From assembly GCA_934167465.1 (NCBI GenBank), contig CAKPKR010000003.1:2992-66991 (forward strand): DNA of 64,000 nt, in the 5' to 3' direction. Origin of the DNA: an uncultured Bacilli bacterium (GTDB lineage: Bacteria; Bacillota_I; Bacilli_A; RF39; UBA660). The notes below the pieces were generated by a model. It was not told the origin of the DNA. It was given only the letters and a program-made list of their open reading frames with translations, and ran no database searches. The position numbers and the translations under genes are program-made. Within the stretch, counting starts at the first letter, position 1. Each line of letters starts with the position of its first letter. Positions 59,451 through 64,000 of this stretch are shown here, one piece after another.

Positions 59451-61358
59451 ATGAAAAACTACGATGAAAGTTCAATAAAAATTCTAGAGGGACTAGAAGC
59501 CGTAAGAAAAAGACCAGGTATGTATATTGGTTCAACCGATAAAAGAGGTTTACATCATTTAATCTGGGAAATTGTCGATAATGGTGTCGATGAAGTAATA
59601 AATGGTTATGGTAAAAAAATTAAGATTTCAATTAATCAAGATGAATCAATTACAGTAGAAGACGAAGGAAGAGGTGTTCCAGTTGGAATGCATTCTAGTG
59701 GAATGTCTACTCCTGAAGTAATTTATACAGTATTACATGCTGGTGGTAAATTTGAAACTGGTGGATATAAAGTATCTGGAGGATTGCACGGAGTTGGTGC
59801 TTCAGTCGTAAATGCTCTATCTAGTTGGATGGAAGTTTATATTAAAAGAGATGGGTATGAACATTTTATTAGATTTAAAGATGGTGGTAAATTAGATATA
59901 CCATTAAAGAAATTAGAAAAAACTAATAAAACGGGGACTAAAGTAACATTTATGCCTGATCCTACAATATTTTCTACAACGCATTTTTCATTTACAACGA
60001 TTTGTGAGAGAATGCAAGAGTGTGCTTTTTTACTTAAAGGGTTAACAATCGAAGTATATGATATACCTGATGATAAAAAAGAGGTATACCATTATGAAAA
60101 TGGTTTAGAAGCATTTGTAGATTATTTAAATGAAGACAAAAATTCATTACATAAAACTGTTCATTTTGAAGGAATGAAAGAAAAAATAAATGTTGAAATA
60201 GCATTTCAATATACTGATTCATATTCAGAAAATATAATTTCATTTGTCAATAATGTTAAAACAAATGATGGTGGAACACATGAAGTTGGATTTAAAACAG
60301 CAATAACAAGAGTATTTAATGATTATGCTAAAAACAATGGTTTTCTAAAAGCAAAAGATAAAACTTTTGAAGGAGCCGATACTAGAGAGGGACTAACTGC
60401 TATTATAAGTTTACAAATACCAGAAGATTTATTACAATTTGAAGGTCAAACTAAGGGTAAACTAGGGACACCACTTGCTCGTAATGTTGTTGATAATATA
60501 GTAGCTGAAAAATTACAATTTTTCTTAGAAGAAAATAAAGAAGTAGCAACTAATATTTTAAATAAGATGGTTAAAAGTAAAAATGTTAGAGAAGCTGCTC
60601 GAAAAGCAAGAGATGAAGCTCGAAATGGAAAATCAAAAAACAAAAAAGAACAAGCTTTGTCTGGTAAATTATCACCTGCACAAAGTAAAGATGCTACTAA
60701 AAATGAATTGTTCTTAGTCGAAGGAGATTCAGCTGGTGGTTCAGCTAAACTTGGTAGGGATAAAAAATATCAAGCGATTTTACCATTAAGAGGTAAAGTT
60801 TTAAATACTGAAAAAGTTAGAATGGAAGAAATATTCAAAAACGAAGAAATTAATACAATGATTCACACAATAGGAGCTGGAGTTGGAACTGATTTCGATG
60901 TTAAAGATTGTAATTATGATAAAGTAATTATAATGACCGATGCCGATGATGATGGTGCTCATATTCAAATACTATTAATTACTTTCTTTTATAGATACAT
61001 GAAACCATTAATAGAGGCTGGGAAACTATATATAGCCATGCCTCCATTGTATAAAATTTCGTCTGGTAAAGAAGAATATTATGCTTGGACTGAAGAAGAT
61101 AGAAAAGAAATACTAGAAAAATTCAAAAATAAAACATCTAATACACAAAGATATAAAGGACTTGGTGAAATGGATGCTATCCAATTAAGAGAAACAACAA
61201 TGGATCCTGAAAAAAGAAGTTTAATTAAAGTAAGTATTAATGATGGGGCTTTAGCCGAAAAAAGAGTAAGTATTTTAATGGGAGATAAAGTAGAACCAAG
61301 AAAAGAATGGATAGAAGAAAATGTTGATTTTACTTTACAAGATAATTATATAAAATAG
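59451..61358 (+). CDS. parE: DNA topoisomerase IV subunit B (type IIA topoisomerase B subunit)
   Basis: The GHKL ATPase, TOPRIM motifs EGDSAGG and PLRGK, and the C-terminal domain are present. It is called ParE rather than GyrB because the downstream partner is ParC-like. Confidence 0.8.
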   Translation: MKNYDESSIKILEGLEAVRKRPGMYIGSTDKRGLHHLIWEIVDNGVDEVINGYGKKIKISINQDESITVEDEGRGVPVGMHSSGMSTPEVIYTVLHAGGKFETGGYKVSGGLHGVGASVVNALSSWMEVYIKRDGYEHFIRFKDGGKLDIPLKKLEKTNKTGTKVTFMPDPTIFSTTHFSFTTICERMQECAFLLKGLTIEVYDIPDDKKEVYHYENGLEAFVDYLNEDKNSLHKTVHFEGMKEKINVEIAFQYTDSYSENIISFVNNVKTNDGGTHEVGFKTAITRVFNDYAKNNGFLKAKDKTFEGADTREGLTAIISLQIPEDLLQFEGQTKGKLGTPLARNVVDNIVAEKLQFFLEENKEVATNILNKMVKSKNVREAARKARDEARNGKSKNKKEQALSGKLSPAQSKDATKNELFLVEGDSAGGSAKLGRDKKYQAILPLRGKVLNTEKVRMEEIFKNEEINTMIHTIGAGVGTDFDVKDCNYDKVIIMTDADDDGAHIQILLITFFYRYMKPLIEAGKLYIAMPPLYKISSGKEEYYAWTEEDRKEILEKFKNKTSNTQRYKGLGEMDAIQLRETTMDPEKRSLIKVSINDGALAEKRVSILMGDKVEPRKEWIEENVDFTLQDNYIK

Positions 61359-61383
61359 GATTTTTTTAAATCCTTTTTTGTTT
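61359..61383 (+). terminator. rho-independent terminator after parE
   Basis: AGGATTTttttAAATCCT is followed by T6. Confidence 0.55.
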
Positions 61384-61437
61384 ATTATGAAATTTTTACA
61401 AAATTATCAAGAATTATTTTGTTTTTGTTCTAAATAA

Positions 61438-61790
61438 TATGTCGGAATTCGTATGTAAAAAATTAGATAAGAAAAATTAAAAATATGGTAGAATATTAAT
61501 CGATATATTTAATTGGTGTTAGTGCATTCCTTCTATAATAAGAAGGAGAGGTGGTCGTTATGAAAGAAAGAGAAAAACTCTATTCTTAATAATCTTCCTA
61601 CTATTATTTATAGTAATTATATTACTTTATAAATAAAAAAATGCACTATCACAGGGGGATAGTGCTTTCAAAACTTTTGGAATGTATCTAACTCTGAACA
61701 ATTAGATATATCCTTTTTTATTGTATGAGTAATAACTCATCTATATACATAGTAACATTTTAAAAAAATTTTTCAATAATATTATAAAAT
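61438..61790. repeat. type I toxin-antitoxin-like repeat, copy 4, with a disrupted peptide frame
   Basis: It has the same unit structure. The ATG at 61560 gives only MKEREKLYS before a stop. The LIIFLLLFIVIILLYK tail is in another frame. Confidence 0.65.
61560..61636 (+). pseudogene. frameshifted remnant of the 25-aa peptide gene
   Basis: See the repeat feature above. The hairpins and the antisense promoter, TTGAAA at 61776-61771, are retained. Confidence 0.5.
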
Positions 61791-61827
61791 AAATTGCAAG
61801 AATTTAAAACGCGAACAAAATTTCTGC

Positions 61828-61858
61828 TTGATTTTTACGCCTGGGGGGGGGGTATAAT
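61828..61858 (+). promoter_or_regulatory. poly-G promoter of A7: TTGATT, spacer with G10 at 61843-61852, TATAAT
   Basis: The spacer is 19 nt. It has the same upstream box, ACGCGAACAAAATTTCTGC. Confidence 0.7.
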
Positions 61859-61880
61859 CTAAGTAGGATAGGTGTTATAA

Positions 61881-62597
61881 ATGAAAAAAATAATAAAAAA
61901 TAAAATAATTTTAATAGTAATATTATGTATAATAAGTTGTGGTATAGGAGTATATGCTGCAACAACATATAAAGCAAGTGATATAGTATATAACGCAAGT
62001 GACGGAACAAGTATAAATGTAAATGATGCTTTAAATGATATTTATACAATCAAAACACAAGGTAATGCAACAGAAAATGATATTTTGAATGGAAAAACAG
62101 CTGTCGTAAAAGGAAAAATGATAACTGGTACATTTAAAAATAATTTTACCTTTGAAACAATAGAAAACCCGGTTGGTACATCTATTATGGATTATAATGA
62201 GAAAAGAAAAGATAAATATTTGACTTTTACACTAGGTGAAAGGTTAAGTTACAATGATACTAATTATTCTGATTATATGTGTTATATTTATCCTATAGAT
62301 TTAACTAATGTTTCAACACTCATCTTGTATCAATGGAATTATATATCGATGCATTTTACAGTAGCAATTTCATTATTTGATACTCCATTATATTCTAGGC
62401 AAGAAATAATAGATAATGCATTTGCAACGTGGACATATTCGACATCAGGTAGTAAAAAGGCATCTAATTACAATATTAAAGAAATTGATGTAAGAAATGT
62501 AACTGGTAAGAAGTATATCAATATTGCAGTTGTTAGTAAGAATAATTCTTCTGATGAATATTATATGCTTACTAAAAATATAATATCGTTTAATTAA
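61881..62597 (+). CDS. variable secreted protein family member A7 (238 aa)
   Basis: It is the most diverged family N-terminus: MKKIIKNKIILIVIL...YAATTYKASDIVYNASDGTSINVNDALNDIY. Confidence 0.6.
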   Translation: MKKIIKNKIILIVILCIISCGIGVYAATTYKASDIVYNASDGTSINVNDALNDIYTIKTQGNATENDILNGKTAVVKGKMITGTFKNNFTFETIENPVGTSIMDYNEKRKDKYLTFTLGERLSYNDTNYSDYMCYIYPIDLTNVSTLILYQWNYISMHFTVAISLFDTPLYSRQEIIDNAFATWTYSTSGSKKASNYNIKEIDVRNVTGKKYINIAVVSKNNSSDEYYMLTKNIISFN

Positions 62598-62674
62598 AAA
62601 AATAAAATTATGACATTTTTCGACAAATTATTTATTTCCTAATGCATATAATATATAAGTATTGGAGGAATTAT

Positions 62675-63046
62675 ATGTGTTTAGAAGAAACAATGTTTTA
62701 TAAAATAAAATTTATTGATGAAAATAAAGTTGTAATAAAAGAAAATATATTAGATAAAATAGAATATAATAATAGTCAAAGTACGCTACTTTTAATTTTA
62801 GTTAAATATTTATTGGATGATACAGAATATGTATGCGAAGAATATAATTCTTTAAAAAAATTTATTGATATAACACCACAAAAAAATACACCAACAAACT
62901 TGGTTGATATTTTAGGAATAATAAAAATTTTTATAAATAAAGTATGCCCAGGAACAATAGAAGAGGAAAAATTATTAAGTAAGCTACAACTTTATGATGA
63001 TATCATTAATCAAGAAGGAAAGACTTTAACATTTGCTTTGGCTTAA
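62675..63046 (+). CDS. hypothetical protein
   Basis: A Shine-Dalgarno sequence, GGAGGAA, is present. There are no motifs. Confidence 0.3.
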   Translation: MCLEETMFYKIKFIDENKVVIKENILDKIEYNNSQSTLLLILVKYLLDDTEYVCEEYNSLKKFIDITPQKNTPTNLVDILGIIKIFINKVCPGTIEEEKLLSKLQLYDDIINQEGKTLTFALA

Positions 63047-63086
63047 ATTCTTTGCATTACTTCTTTTTTTTTGGTATAATTAACTA

Positions 63087-64000
63087 TGGTGAGATTATGA
63101 ATGTATTAAACAAAATATATGATTATGCTCTAGAAGAAATAATGGGAGATAGATTCGGAAGATATTCAAAATCTATTATTCAAGATAGAGCGCTTCCAGA
63201 TATTAGAGATGGTTTAAAACCGGTTCAAAGAAGAATATTATACGCAATGTATAGAGATAGAAATACTAGTGATAAACCATATAAAAAATCAGCTACGGCT
63301 GTAGGAAATATAATGGGACATTATCATCCCCATGGTGACTCATCAATCTATGATGCAATGGTTAGATTGAGTCAATGGTGGAAACAAAATACTCCATATA
63401 TAGATATGCATGGTAATAATGGTTCCATTGATGGTGATGGAGCAGCGGCAATGCGTTATACTGAATCTAGATTATCAAAAATTTCTATGGAATTATTAAA
63501 AGATATCGATAAAGACACAGTTGATATGGTATGGAATTTTGATGATACCTTAAAAGAACCTGTTGTTTTACCCGCTAAATTTCCAAATTTATTAGTAAAT
63601 GGATCAAATGGTATTAGTGCAGGATATGCAACAAATATTCCAACCCATAACTTAGTAGAAGTAATAGATGCAACCATAAAAAGAATAGACAGTCCAAATT
63701 GTAGATTAGATTCTATTTTAGAAATAGTAAAAGGTCCAGATTTTCCAACTGGTGGAATAGTTGAAGGAAAAAAAGGAATAATTGACGCTTTTACAACAGG
63801 TAGAGGTAAAGTAATAGTTAAAGCAAAAACTGAATTTGTAAAAGACAAAGGTAAGAATACTATTTTAGTAACAGAAATACCTTTTGAAGTTAATAAAGCT
63901 TTACTAGTAAAAAAAATAGATGAAATTAGAATTGACAAAAAAATTGAAGGAATAGTTGAAGTATTAGATGAATCAAATTTTGAAGAACCAACTAGAATAG
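63087..64000 (+). CDS. parC: DNA topoisomerase IV subunit A, N-terminal part; continues beyond the window
   Basis: [35 protein letters not shown] and [19 protein letters not shown] are present. The gene has its own extended -10 promoter, TGGTATAAT, at 63062-63070. It is not in the ORF track because no stop codon falls in the window. Confidence 0.8.

Noticed and set aside
59401-59452. A long N-terminal extension of parE (MCFFFFFVIMKKVVN...) from a TTG start within a T-rich stretch.
   Set aside because: A good Shine-Dalgarno sequence, AAAGGTGG, precedes the ATG at 59451. The extension is poly-Phe from a T-run. The true start was taken as 59451.

Overview
The window is a very AT-rich (about 25-28% GC) chromosomal segment of a low-GC, endospore-forming Firmicute. 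It uses the standard genetic code, with TGA as a stop codon.

The backbone is conserved housekeeping genes, mostly on the + strand: rimM-trmD, rplS, lepB, rpsO-pnp, spoIIGA-sigE, mutS, pyk, a GH31 glycosidase, a clpC-like ATPase, trmB, rnjA on the - strand, ffh, yebC, and a group-3 sigma factor. These are followed by a Gly T-box with a LOG gene and glyQS, sepF-divIVA, an Ile T-box with ileS, tgt, an L20-type leader with infC-rpmI-rplT, parE, and the 5' part of parC.

Three repeated accessory systems are inserted at the junctions of these operons.

1. A family of eight paralogous secreted proteins. All share a near-identical N-terminal 60 aa, with the motif YAAxTYKAxDVxYxASDGTSxNVxxALNELY, and differ in their C-termini. 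Seven of them each have their own promoter carrying a 9-11 bp poly-G tract exactly between the -35 (TTGACT, TTGACA or TTGATT) and the -10 (TATGAT or TATAAT). This makes the spacer 18-20 nt. It is a textbook slipped-strand phase-variation architecture, and it is not expected in a 25% GC genome.

2. Four copies of a roughly 350 bp repeat with the anatomy of a type I toxin-antitoxin locus. Each encodes a 25-aa hydrophobic peptide whose Shine-Dalgarno sequence is sequestered in a hairpin, and the hairpin shows a compensatory base change between copies. Each also has a convergent, strong antisense promoter (TTGAAA-17-TATTAT) and paired terminators. In one copy the peptide frame is broken.

3. A shared 110-130 bp promoter and leader module (TTGCAA-18-TATAAT plus an identical 5' UTR). 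It drives one member of the secreted-protein family and two large paralogs (547 and 548 aa) that combine a type IV prepilin N-terminus with an FGE-sulfatase/DUF1566-like lectin-fold domain. The 3' ends of these two genes are anomalously GC-rich.

Also present are an Rpn/YhgA-type PD-(D/E)XK nuclease, a Fic protein with a degenerate active-site motif, an L20 protein with a Rho_N-like tail, and a CotD-like spore coat protein.
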